Source of the DNA: Wolbachia endosymbiont of Onchocerca ochengi
GTDB taxonomy: Bacteria > Pseudomonadota > Alphaproteobacteria > Rickettsiales > Anaplasmataceae
Reading direction: 5' to 3'
Assembly (NCBI RefSeq): GCF_000306885.1
Contig: NC_018267.1
Coordinates: 150,001 to 182,000 of the forward strand
DNA: 32,000 bases
Shown: positions 11,624 through 21,299 of the stretch, in pieces
How positions within the stretch are numbered: position 1 is the first letter of the stretch
Layout of the letters: the number at the start of each line of letters is the position of its first letter
The notes under the pieces: generated by a model
What the model was told of the DNA's origin: nothing
Seen by the model: only the letters and a program-made list of their open reading frames with translations
The model's database searches: none
Position numbers and translations under genes: made by a program

Positions 11624-11905
11624 ATGGAAATAATATCGTTAAACAATAATTCATGCAATGTAGAAGTAAAAAAGAAGTTGCTTAACATAATCAGTAAAGT
11701 TATAGAAAGAAACGCTTGGACTCAAGCTCATGCAGCCGAAAAGCTAGGTGTTGACCAACCAAAGATATCACAAATTAAAAATGGCAAAACAGATGGTTTC
11801 TCCTTAGAAAGACTATTAAGCTTTCTCAAAAAATTCGAACATGAAATAACAATTACGATAACAGAAAACCAAGCAGTAAGATCTGAACACGAAGCTAGAT
11901 TTTAA
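11624..11905 (+). CDS. small XRE/Cro-C1 family helix-turn-helix DNA-binding protein (HigA-antitoxin-like architecture, no toxin partner seen)
   Basis: The 93-aa ORF contains WTQAHAAEKLGVDQPKISQIKNGKTDGFSLERLLSFL. This is the typical HTH pattern (Q..aA..lG..Qp.iS....Gk...fSlerL). A stop lies 9 nt upstream in frame, so 11624 is the first ATG. Confidence 0.8.
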   Translation: MEIISLNNNSCNVEVKKKLLNIISKVIERNAWTQAHAAEKLGVDQPKISQIKNGKTDGFSLERLLSFLKKFEHEITITITENQAVRSEHEARF

Positions 11906-11969
11906 AGAAATACACAGTTGACATTTTGTTTTTTATAGTATAGTATGAAACTTATTCAAGTAGTATTTT

Positions 11970-12356
11970 ATGGCTGAATCTATTATAGAAAAATGTATAA
12001 GGCAAGTAAGCAACCGCTTTAAGTTAGCTCTGTTAGCAAGTCAGAGAACACATGATTTAAATACAGGAGCAAGCAGTTCAATTCAAGCAGATGAGTTCAA
12101 GGGTCATAAAAATACTATTATTTCTTTATATGAAATAGCAGAAAGACAGGTAAATATTCACGAGCTATTTAATCTCTTGGTAAGTAGATGCAAAGGATAT
12201 ATGAAAGAAAATATAAGTAACATAAGCAAGTTAGAAAAGCTACTGAGTTCTCCTCATAACAAGTTCAACGTAAGTTCTGGTGTAAATCAAGAAAGTACTA
12301 ATATCCAAGGCAACGAAGTAAAAAGTAAAACAGATGATCAAGATAATGAAAAATAG
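11970..12356 (+). CDS. rpoZ: RNA polymerase omega subunit
   Basis: The N-terminus ...VSNRFKLALLASQRTHDL matches the omega consensus NRF.L...A..RA..L. The C-terminal tail is low-complexity. Confidence 0.88.
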   Translation: MAESIIEKCIRQVSNRFKLALLASQRTHDLNTGASSSIQADEFKGHKNTIISLYEIAERQVNIHELFNLLVSRCKGYMKENISNISKLEKLLSSPHNKFNVSSGVNQESTNIQGNEVKSKTDDQDNEK

Positions 12357-12408
12357 ACGACAAAGAGCAAATCAAGTAGAAGGCTACTAAAGAGTTTGTA
12401 ATTTATAA

Positions 12409-12654
12409 ATGATTCACGCTGCTGTTTATGTACTATTATTTTGCATTGTTACAATGTTATGCCATACAGTATTCAGTTCGACTATTTATGATAAAGTGCT
12501 AGCGTTTAATAATTTTTCAACACAAGTAGTTCTACTTATACCAGCAATATCGATTATTTTAAACAGCGTCTTTTTGCTTGATATAGCGCTATTATATGCT
12601 GGCATTAGCTTTATGTCAACCTTAGCATTAATGAAATTAGTGTTGCTTCGATAA
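12409..12654 (+). CDS. mnhF: monovalent cation/H+ antiporter subunit F (MrpF/MnhF)
   Basis: 81 aa with three predicted TM segments. ...TIYDKVLAFNNFSTQVVLLI... resembles the MrpF pattern (DR.lA.d......v.li). It is the first gene of a tightly packed cluster. Confidence 0.75.
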   Translation: MIHAAVYVLLFCIVTMLCHTVFSSTIYDKVLAFNNFSTQVVLLIPAISIILNSVFLLDIALLYAGISFMSTLALMKLVLLR

Positions 12655-12657
12655 TTT

Positions 12658-12945
12658 ATGATAGGGTCTACTTTTATATTTTTAGGTATATGTTTAGTAA
12701 TTATCTCAACTATAGGGATAATTAGATTCCCAAGTTTTTACACTAGATTACATGCAGCAGGCATTACAGATTCTAGTGGCGCAATGTTATTGTTAATTGG
12801 TTTTGCTCTGCAAAATAAACTTTCAATTAACACTGTCAAAATCACATTATTGATTCTTATACTATGGGTAGCCAATTCAACTAATAGTTATATTCTAGCG
12901 CATACTTACTATAGAAGTAAGGAAAAAACTATTAAAAAAGATTAA
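12658..12945 (+). CDS. mnhG: monovalent cation/H+ antiporter subunit G (MrpG/MnhG)
   Basis: GIIRFPSFYTRLHAAGITDSSGAMLLLIG matches the MnhG signature (lRfpD.ytRlHa......G). Confidence 0.85.
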   Translation: MIGSTFIFLGICLVIISTIGIIRFPSFYTRLHAAGITDSSGAMLLLIGFALQNKLSINTVKITLLILILWVANSTNSYILAHTYYRSKEKTIKKD

Positions 12946-12946
12946 A

Positions 12947-13468
12947 ATGTTAGAAATACTAAATATAACATTACTTTTACTGTTACTTATGGTTACAGTT
13001 TTTATAGTCCTTTCAAAACACTTAATTATGAGTGGTATTCTAATGTGCGCATTCAGCTCACTTATTGCACTTATGTACCTAATTATGAATGCACCCGATG
13101 TTGCAATTACTGAAGCTTCAGTTGGTGCAGGACTTAGTACAGTTTTTACGTTTGCCGCACTTTCTTTAATAAAGAACCATAAAACAAATCTATCTCACAG
13201 CCCTATAATGCTTTTTTTTATGTCATTTTTAGCTATATGTTTATCATACTTTATGACTCAACTACCAGATTTCGGCAGCCATGATGCTCCAATCCACCTG
13301 CATGTTGCTCCTTATTATATAGAAAATACTGAAAAAATTACTGGTGTTCCTAACATAGTAACGGCCATTTTAGCAAGCCTCCGTGGCTATGATACATTTG
13401 GCGAAACTATAGTAGTTTTTACCGCAGCACTCTGTATAATACTGACACTAAAAGAAGAAAAAGAATAA
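12947..13468 (+). CDS. MrpA-C-terminal-like / MnhB-related membrane protein (DUF4040-type)
   Basis: The 173-aa membrane protein contains APDVAITEASVGAGLSTV, the motif typical of the DUF4040 domain. That domain is found at the MrpA C-terminus and in Mbh-type subunits. Confidence 0.75.
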   Translation: MLEILNITLLLLLLMVTVFIVLSKHLIMSGILMCAFSSLIALMYLIMNAPDVAITEASVGAGLSTVFTFAALSLIKNHKTNLSHSPIMLFFMSFLAICLSYFMTQLPDFGSHDAPIHLHVAPYYIENTEKITGVPNIVTAILASLRGYDTFGETIVVFTAALCIILTLKEEKE

Positions 13469-13470
13469 GA

Positions 13471-13887
13471 ATGGTTAAAGATCCTGTGTTAAATACAATA
13501 TCATTTTTGATGATACCCTTTATTATTCTATTCGCTCTATATATACAATTTCACGGTGACTACACTCCAGGTGGAGGTTTTCAAGCAGGAATAATTATCG
13601 CTTCTGGAATAATACTGTATTCAATGATATTTAGTATATCCACAACTTTAAAAGCGATACCCTATTCTGTGATTAAATTTACTAATATATTAGGTATTTT
13701 AATTTATGGAGGAACAGGCATTGCAACAGTTTTACTTGGCCAAAGTTTTTTATCTTACGATATACTGTTAGCTAACAATGTTACTGGTCAAAAATTAGGT
13801 ATTTTCTTGGCGGAACTAGGTATAGCACTTACTGTCTGTTCCTCCATGCTTATTATATACATAAGCTTTACCCGTAAAAAAAAATAA
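13471..13887 (+). CDS. mnhB: monovalent cation/H+ antiporter subunit B (MrpB/MnhB)
   Basis: FHGDYTPGGGFQAGIIIASG matches the MnhB signature (HG...PGGGFQaG). Confidence 0.85.
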   Translation: MVKDPVLNTISFLMIPFIILFALYIQFHGDYTPGGGFQAGIIIASGIILYSMIFSISTTLKAIPYSVIKFTNILGILIYGGTGIATVLLGQSFLSYDILLANNVTGQKLGIFLAELGIALTVCSSMLIIYISFTRKKK

Positions 13888-14213
13888 TGACTTTATATAA
13901 CTATACAATTATTATTATATTAATGATGCTGGGTTTATACATTATCATAAATGACAAAAATTTAATCAAGAAAATGATAGGAATAAATGTTTTTCAAGCA
14001 TCCGTTTTGTTATTTTATATATCTTTAGGATATATAAAAAACTCCTTACCCCCTATACTGGTACCAAGTCTTCATTTATATAGTAATCCTATACCGCAAG
14101 TTCTAATGCTTACTGCCATAGTAGTTGGAATTGCAACATTTTCAGTTGGGTTATCTATAGCAGTAAAAATAGAAGAAAAATATGGAAAAATTGACCAAGA
14201 TAAATATATGTGA
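13887..14213 (+). CDS. mnhC: monovalent cation/H+ antiporter subunit C (MrpC/MnhC, NuoK-like)
   Basis: 108 aa, three TM segments, NuoK-like. The start overlaps the upstream stop (TAATG). Confidence 0.8.
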   Translation: MTLYNYTIIIILMMLGLYIIINDKNLIKKMIGINVFQASVLLFYISLGYIKNSLPPILVPSLHLYSNPIPQVLMLTAIVVGIATFSVGLSIAVKIEEKYGKIDQDKYM

Positions 14214-14332
14214 ATTAATAGTATCTTAAACTATACGAAGTAATAAGTAGCCAGAAGCTAAACCATAGGCTTTCATTCATTGTAGGTCTATTTACTAGCA
14301 TAGTAAATAAAGTTTAGATTACAAAGGTAATA

Positions 14333-16270
14333 ATGTCAGCTATTAATAACGAAGAAGATAAGAAAAAAATCATCAGAGATCTCGTAACCAAAAGTATAAG
14401 AAAGGGTGGTTTTATCACTTTTGATGATATAAATGAAAAATTATCAGACGAAAATTTTTCATCTGATTTTATAGATGATACCGTATCCCTATTGCAAGAC
14501 TCCGGAATTAACATACTTGAAAGTAGCGAAGATGAAGAGGATGCTCCCTCCAATAATAATGACAGCAAACTAGATGACGACGATACATTATCAAACGCTG
14601 CTACAACTTTAATACAAAATGACGATCCAGTAAGAGTTTATCTACAAGATATGAGCTCTGTGAAACTCTTATCAAGAACAGATGAAATCACAATAGCAAA
14701 AAAAATTGAATCTGAAAAGCACAATATGCTACGTGCAATAATTGAAACATCAGCAACATTAAAAATGATAAAAGCATGGCGTGATGATTTGAGCAGCGGA
14801 TCTCTCTCACTGAGAGAAATCATAGACCTAGATGCAATTTATAATTCCGATTTTAATGCAATGCCTAAAGAAGATGTTAAAGAAAATATTGAAGATATTG
14901 ATGGTTCTGAAGATGCTGAAAATGATAAACACTGCGAAGATTATAAAACGGATAACAAAAAAAACAACGACGAGCAAGAAAGCGGTAACGAAGATATAAG
15001 TTCAACAAACTTAAATGTTTCTATCCTCGAAATGGAAAATGATTTATTACCTAAGATAATGGTTGCACTAGATGAGATAATTACTTTAGCAAATAAAGCA
15101 CTAACATTAAAAAAAAATTCTTCTAGTGAATTAACATATAAAGATTTATATAATCAAATATGGTCCACCGCGCTACAAATTAAATTAAGCGACACCGCTA
15201 CTGCTAAAATCACACAAAAACTTTATAATATAAATAGATCTATTATGCTTGAAGAAGCCAATCTTATTTCTGAAGCTAAAAAATACGAGATCGATAGAGA
15301 AAGTTTCTACAAGGTTTATGACAACGTACTATTAAAGTATGAGTCAAAAAATATAGATCTTTTAAAAATTAATAAAAATCTATCTTTTCTCAAAGATGAA
15401 GTAAAAAACAAATTCGCAAAGTTTATAAATGACAATTTTGAATACATAACTAATACTTTAAATAATATAAAGCAGTATGTACAAGAAGATAATGTACAAG
15501 AATTTAAGGAATTAATCAAAAAAATACAAAAACATGAACGAGAAATCTCTGAAGCAAAACAGGAGATGATCAAAGCTAATTTAAGGCTAGTAGTTTCTAT
15601 CGCTAAAAAATATTCAAACAGAGGTCTTGCTTTACTTGATTTAATACAAGAAGGCAATATCGGTCTCATGAAGGCTGTGGATAAATTTGATTACAAACGT
15701 GGATACAAATTTTCAACTTATGGAACTTGGTGGGTAAGGCAATCAATCACTAGAGCAATACCAGAACAGTCCAAAGTGGTTAAAATACCGGTTCACATGG
15801 TAGAAATTATTAGCAAAATCAATAGAACACTAAGAAAGTTAACTCATGAGATGGAAAGAGAGCCTACATTAGAGGAATTGAGTATAGAACTTGGAATGCC
15901 CTTGGAAAGAATACGTAAAGTTATGAAAATAGCAAGAGATCCGGTAAGTCTTGAGGCTCCAACAGGAAAGGATGACAGTAGCACTTTCGGTGATTGTATA
16001 GAAGATAAGCGAGTTTCAAAACCAGAAGATGCTGCAATACTTGCTGATTTACGAGGCATTACAACTAATGTTCTTGCAACTTTAACGCCAAAAGAAGAGA
16101 GAATTCTAAGAATGCGTTTTGGCCTTGGTAAAGACGGAAAGGAACACACATTAGAGGAAGTAGGAAGAATCTTCAACGTAACACGTGAGAGAATTAGGCA
16201 AATAGAAGCAAAAGCTCTGCGCAAATTAAAACATCCAAGTCGCGCTAGAAAACTTAGAGGATTCTTTTAA
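14333..16270 (+). CDS. rpoD: RNA polymerase primary sigma factor (sigma-70)
   Basis: Acidic region 1.1 is present. Region 2 reads [59 protein letters not shown]. Region 4 reads [15 protein letters not shown]......[27 protein letters not shown]. Confidence 0.97.
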   Translation: MSAINNEEDKKKIIRDLVTKSIRKGGFITFDDINEKLSDENFSSDFIDDTVSLLQDSGINILESSEDEEDAPSNNNDSKLDDDDTLSNAATTLIQNDDPVRVYLQDMSSVKLLSRTDEITIAKKIESEKHNMLRAIIETSATLKMIKAWRDDLSSGSLSLREIIDLDAIYNSDFNAMPKEDVKENIEDIDGSEDAENDKHCEDYKTDNKKNNDEQESGNEDISSTNLNVSILEMENDLLPKIMVALDEIITLANKALTLKKNSSSELTYKDLYNQIWSTALQIKLSDTATAKITQKLYNINRSIMLEEANLISEAKKYEIDRESFYKVYDNVLLKYESKNIDLLKINKNLSFLKDEVKNKFAKFINDNFEYITNTLNNIKQYVQEDNVQEFKELIKKIQKHEREISEAKQEMIKANLRLVVSIAKKYSNRGLALLDLIQEGNIGLMKAVDKFDYKRGYKFSTYGTWWVRQSITRAIPEQSKVVKIPVHMVEIISKINRTLRKLTHEMEREPTLEELSIELGMPLERIRKVMKIARDPVSLEAPTGKDDSSTFGDCIEDKRVSKPEDAAILADLRGITTNVLATLTPKEERILRMRFGLGKDGKEHTLEEVGRIFNVTRERIRQIEAKALRKLKHPSRARKLRGFF

Positions 16271-16864
16271 AGGAATATTTAACTACTATAATTACAATCA
16301 AATATAGGATATGCTGCTTCCTTATCAAGCAATAGCAACACTTGACAAATTTAATACTATAAGTACATGTAAGAACTAGTCAATACAAAGAAAGAAAGCA
16401 AAAACAAGGTTAGTATTGCTGTCACTTGGAAAAAAAGAAGGTATAATACCGTATATTGGACGCTAATCTTTCTGTAGGTGTATACTATTTAATTCTTTAA
16501 TAAGATTATTTATATCATCTACTAATTCCTAGAACTTGGTGATAATGTTTATGCTTATTTAAGATGATATGAAGGAAACAAAATTGAAAACCAAATTTTC
16601 CACATAAAAAAGAATGCTATCCGTTACCTGTAAGTACGAGCTTAATAAGAGTTAAAAAGTAAACATTTGCCAGATGCTTACAAAATGTCACTAAGGTACA
16701 ATAAAAAGAAAGGAAAAGAAACTTCCAAATAAAAAATAGGCAAGATAAAGGATTTTTCTAATTCACTAGAGTTTTTTAGGCAACCTTTCACATCTGACTA
16801 GAGAAAACATACAAGCATTAAACCGATAATATATACAATTTCACTGCAGTAATATCAACTATGG

Positions 16865-17132
16865 ATTAGATTTTAGATAAGCTATTGAAAATCCTAACTT
16901 TCTTGATTAAATCTAATCAAATTTAAAAACAGTAGTTTATTAAATGTTTCATACTACTAAGCTAGTAATACTCTTAAATTTTACTGAATTGACAAATATA
17001 GCTTTAAAACACCTACTGCTCAAGTAGACAGTATACTTTTTTTAACTTAAGCTTACTGCTAAAATAGCTTATAAAAAACTTCTTAGTTTACTAGATAAAC
17101 TCTCTATAAATAAATCAGGTTTAGCACAAATC
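16865..17132 (+). repeat. dispersed non-coding repeat, copy B (best-conserved core 16865-17037)
   Basis: See copy A. By eye the ~175-nt core is about 70-75% identical, and copy B lacks a block of about 90 nt that copy A has. Confidence 0.65.
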
Positions 17133-17659
17133 TACTCCACCGTTTCTTGAAAGACAAAGAGAAATCCACCCAATCTTTATTATATAAGACAGTTTATACA
17201 GACTTCTTCGTTAGCATACAGTATAAGCATCATCATATATAAAATAGTGTATAATGAGATACTTAATATAAGACTAAGCAAAATACTGAGAGGTGATAAT
17301 CATTTTGTATTTTACTGCATTTTTATCTTTTCCTCAGTAATTTCCCCAATTACTTTTAATTGTGCTATGGGGGAATGTAATGCACTCCAGTTTATACGTA
17401 TAAGATACAATTTAAGGTAATTACTGTTGTATTCAGTACTTTATACCATATTCTACAATACAAAAACAACACCTTAAAAGGTATAAGAAATAGTTCTATT
17501 TTATAATATAAAACCAAAAGATAAACTTAATGCTTCTAATTTCTCTTGTGTCTCTTTACATTGAAAAAATTTTCCTCCTGTTTCCTTAATATCAATTCTC
17601 ACATACTAATTTAATAGTAACTGAATATCAAGGATATTTAATTTTAATGGCTAGCTAAG

Positions 17660-20209
17660 TCAACTACCTCCTTCACCAATTACAGTATTAAATATTAGAT
17701 CTTCATCAAAACTCATTTTAGGACGCCAAATAGGACCATCCAAATGCACATCAACATAAATTGGACTACTACGACCTGGTAATATGAAGAAGAACCTCGA
17801 TAAAGAAATTAAAGCAAAGTTAGGTAAGGTTAAGTTAGAAGAGACAGATCCTGATGCTTGATCAATTTCAAATTGTAGACTAGTTGAACATACACCATTT
17901 CTAATGCTTGCTTTTCCGCTAACATTTTTAAAAACCGTACTACCATTATATATACCAACATGAGTAAGTGTGGAAATCCCAGATTTATTTTTACTGCTAA
18001 ATAAATCAGTGATGAAAGAATTAAAGTCCACATTAGCAAATTCTATTTCCTGTGCTTGCAAATTAACCTCTCCTGACAAAGTATTAGCCCAATTGTGAAA
18101 GCTTTTTCCTTGAGCTTTAATCTCACCATCTAAGTTTAGTTTACCACTTAAATTATCAATTCCAATAACCTGAGCAACCCTTTTAATATCTAAACCTACA
18201 ACAAAAAATTTTATATACATTAAGTTTAATCTTAAATAACCCTGAAAAGACACTTGTCCATATTTCAATGCATAACTTACTTTTTTAACAGTTATAGTAT
18301 TATTTATCACTACCGCATCCAAATTAAAGTCCTTCAAAACATCCTGTCCAGTATTAAGCTTTGTAACACTAATCTGCACATTTGCATCAAAATCTTCTTT
18401 GCCATTTAAGAAATTAAACTGTTTCCTTGACCATTGAACCTGATCTATCTTATTTCTCGAATCTTTTCTCACTTCTATTAAATTCGGTAATTTTAAAATA
18501 CCAGCATTAAATTTATCGCCAGTTATGCTTACATCTAACAAAGGTTTAATATATTTTTGATCCGCTAATATTTTTATATTACCAGTAACATTGAAATCTT
18601 CTCCAGATAACTTTATTTTACCTGTAACAAGCCTGCCCTTTTCTATCTTCAGTAAGAAACCTAAACCTTCAATTTTTGTACCGTTCAACGTGAAACCATT
18701 AACATTGATTTTTATATTTGCATCATACTTCAGATCTTTTAACCATTGCACTTTTGATAAACCATCCAGTAATGAATAATTATATTTATCTAAGTTGAGA
18801 TCGTGTACACTGAATCTACCACTAATTACATTATGCTTTTTTGTGTAGTTTACCTTAACTGACCCTCGCCAAAATTCTTTATCATTCAGCAACTTAATAT
18901 CTGAAATAGACAATATCCTGGGCGCAAAGTGTAACCTCGAACTCATTGTAAATTGATTTCTCTTGTTTTCTCTAATCTTTATAAAAGGAAAAAAACATGA
19001 AATGAACGACTCAAAATCATCTCCTTTTAGCAATAAATCACCATCAAACTCAGACAAGATAAGATTGTTTGAAACTTTCCCTGATAAACGAGCTACATTA
19101 TTAGCTCCAGGAAGCCGAAGAAGCGTATCAACTTTTATTTTGCCATCAGCAAATTTTAGCATAGTATGAAATTTATCCAATATTCTGTTTTGGTATTGAA
19201 TACTTGAAGCTTCTACATTGAAATCTAAATTCAAGTTCTTTGGTACAACCTCTCTTAAACATTCTAGAAGACCCTTCATACTTATTACTTTTCGTGAGCT
19301 GTTTTGTATAGAGTCTAAATCAACTTTACTAAAAGTAATATCAATATTAGTATAATTATTTTTTTTATCGTTTCGTACTGTACCACTAGCCTGTATGTTT
19401 TTAGAATTAATTTTTAAATCATTTAACGTGAACTCACTTTCATTAAGGTTAATATTAGATGACATCTCAACATTTTCACTAGGAACAACATAAGCAAGAA
19501 AGCCAAGACCGATAATTTTTGCTAAATCACTCATAAAATTAGAACCATTATCAATTGACAGCATCAATTTGCCTCGGAGGCCTTCTCGGTTTTTATCACC
19601 TGCAAACAGCAAATTTATAAAACTTGATTTGATATTAATATGTACATTCTTTTTTGTAATATCAGCCTTCCCCGAAAAATCATAATTATTATCATCTACC
19701 TTTGCTTTACCATAGAAATGTCCGTTCTTTTTAATAGCAATCTCTTTTATATTAACAATACTTCTATAATCAGCAAAGTCATTGTTTAAATCTATTTGGC
19801 TATCTTTCATTATTACATCAACCTTACCAGGTCTTTTATTTACGATACTAATAAAATCTTCTTTACTACCTTTTACACCAAACAATGTGACCAATTTCGG
19901 TTGTAACGAAAATAAAAATAATGATAGAAAAGATGGCCTTATTTCAATCCTATTTATGCTAACCGAATCTGACAATTTTTGTTTTTTATCGTTGTTATAC
20001 TGCACATACACGTTATAAATAGTGAGCTTCGGAGTAATTAGTGAAACTTCAATTTTTCCTCCAATATGGATTCTAGCATTAAATGTGTCTTCTAATTTTT
20101 GTACAATAAGTTCTTCATAGCTATTCCAATCTTTAAAAGATATAGCAACCTTCAGAAGGATCAATATTAAAGAAATTGATAATATTATGTATATAAGAAG
20201 TCTTCTCAT
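17660..20209 (-). CDS. AsmA-family (AsmA/TamB/YhdP-like) large envelope protein
   Basis: 849 aa. An N-terminal signal-anchor is followed by ...DWNSYEELIVQKLEDTFNARIHIGGKIEVSLITPKLTIYNVYV, which fits the AsmA N-domain pattern. The rest is long and beta-rich, and the C-terminus is ...PIYVDVHLDGPIWRPKMSFD. Confidence 0.7.
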   Translation of the reverse strand: MRRLLIYIILSISLILILLKVAISFKDWNSYEELIVQKLEDTFNARIHIGGKIEVSLITPKLTIYNVYVQYNNDKKQKLSDSVSINRIEIRPSFLSLFLFSLQPKLVTLFGVKGSKEDFISIVNKRPGKVDVIMKDSQIDLNNDFADYRSIVNIKEIAIKKNGHFYGKAKVDDNNYDFSGKADITKKNVHINIKSSFINLLFAGDKNREGLRGKLMLSIDNGSNFMSDLAKIIGLGFLAYVVPSENVEMSSNINLNESEFTLNDLKINSKNIQASGTVRNDKKNNYTNIDITFSKVDLDSIQNSSRKVISMKGLLECLREVVPKNLNLDFNVEASSIQYQNRILDKFHTMLKFADGKIKVDTLLRLPGANNVARLSGKVSNNLILSEFDGDLLLKGDDFESFISCFFPFIKIRENKRNQFTMSSRLHFAPRILSISDIKLLNDKEFWRGSVKVNYTKKHNVISGRFSVHDLNLDKYNYSLLDGLSKVQWLKDLKYDANIKINVNGFTLNGTKIEGLGFLLKIEKGRLVTGKIKLSGEDFNVTGNIKILADQKYIKPLLDVSITGDKFNAGILKLPNLIEVRKDSRNKIDQVQWSRKQFNFLNGKEDFDANVQISVTKLNTGQDVLKDFNLDAVVINNTITVKKVSYALKYGQVSFQGYLRLNLMYIKFFVVGLDIKRVAQVIGIDNLSGKLNLDGEIKAQGKSFHNWANTLSGEVNLQAQEIEFANVDFNSFITDLFSSKNKSGISTLTHVGIYNGSTVFKNVSGKASIRNGVCSTSLQFEIDQASGSVSSNLTLPNFALISLSRFFFILPGRSSPIYVDVHLDGPIWRPKMSFDEDLIFNTVIGEGGS

Positions 20210-20286
20210 AATTTCATATGCTTATATATTACCCATGAACATTAGAGTACCAAAATAAATAACAACACCTAAAGGTACTAAAACTG

Positions 20287-21274
20287 TCAAATGAATAATG
20301 CAAGCAAATACTCTATCAAAAGAGATAATCCTGCCAATAAGAAGCTAAGAATGTAAAGAGCTATCGACATAACTAAAGTTGCAACAATAACTCTTACAAC
20401 ATTTAATAATAGTACCTGGTTAATCTTATACATTTTACTTATCGTTAAATAATGAGAATTAATAAAATAGAATTTACCCAAGTGAAAATAAAAGTAACAA
20501 TAGCAATCCCTCTATTATAGGACATTGCATTTAGTATAAGACTTACAATAATTGTATCAACCCATAGACTTATCTAAATTACACAGTTGTTGATAGTTGC
20601 TAGTATTATATGCTTGAAAAACTACTTTACTGCATTACTCAACTTTACACTAAAAAAAGGTAGCCTTTGACTTATATGCGCCAAACACCATTAACAATAG
20701 TCACAGAATTCCTCTAATTAAAACAAAACTGCTATAGAAAGATTGTGAACCAATGTTTTTATGTAAGGCACAAATAAACTGATAATTAGGCAATGATTTA
20801 AAATCACAGATGCAATAGCTATCGAAGCAAAGTATTGTTTTATTTACAACATTCTCCCAATAAATAACGCAACTAAAATGAAAATTATTAAAGAATCATA
20901 ATTCTTGACAGAGTCACAGTAAAGGTAAGCTTACTTTAATTAAATTCAGAAAGTAAATATTTGAACCATATAAGAAAGTTTGCATGGTAAGGCAAAAAAT
21001 TACCAAAATAATAAACGTAAGAGGTATTATACTACTTACAAAATTAAATGCCTTTTTATTATCACATGATTCTGTTGAATATAATGTAGTACAAAAAAGG
21101 TAGCAAACGCTCCTTCTGCAAAAAATGCTCGAAATAGATTAGTAAAATGAAACGAAGAAAAAATATATCTGTAAAAGAAGTTGTACTAACAATTTGAGCA
21201 ACCGATACATTCCTTATTAAAGAGACTCTTGAAATAGCTGTAAAAAACCTAAATGTGAGAATATTTTCAAACAT
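20287..21274 (-). pseudogene. murJ: decayed lipid II flippase gene murJ/mviN
   Basis: The N-terminal fragment is FTAISRVSLIRNVSVAQIVSTTSFTDIFFLRF..., compare E. coli [31 protein letters not shown]. The internal fragment is FASIAIASVILN......FVPY, compare FSIPAFAPTLLN....FAAPY. The C-terminal fragment is LLLNVVRVIVATLVMSIAL...LLAG, compare FLLRLVVAVLVMSGVL...VLAG. The fragments are collinear but separated by stops and frameshifts. The relic is about 1.0 kb against about 1.5 kb for an intact gene. Confidence 0.7.
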
Positions 21275-21299
21275 TCCTATTTAGCACTACTTCAGACTG

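Noticed and set aside
20287-20481. 64-aa and 70-aa (21062-21274) hydrophobic ORFs as independent small membrane-protein genes
   Set aside because: They align to the C- and N-termini of MurJ respectively, with a third collinear fragment between them. They are better explained as pieces of one pseudogene.
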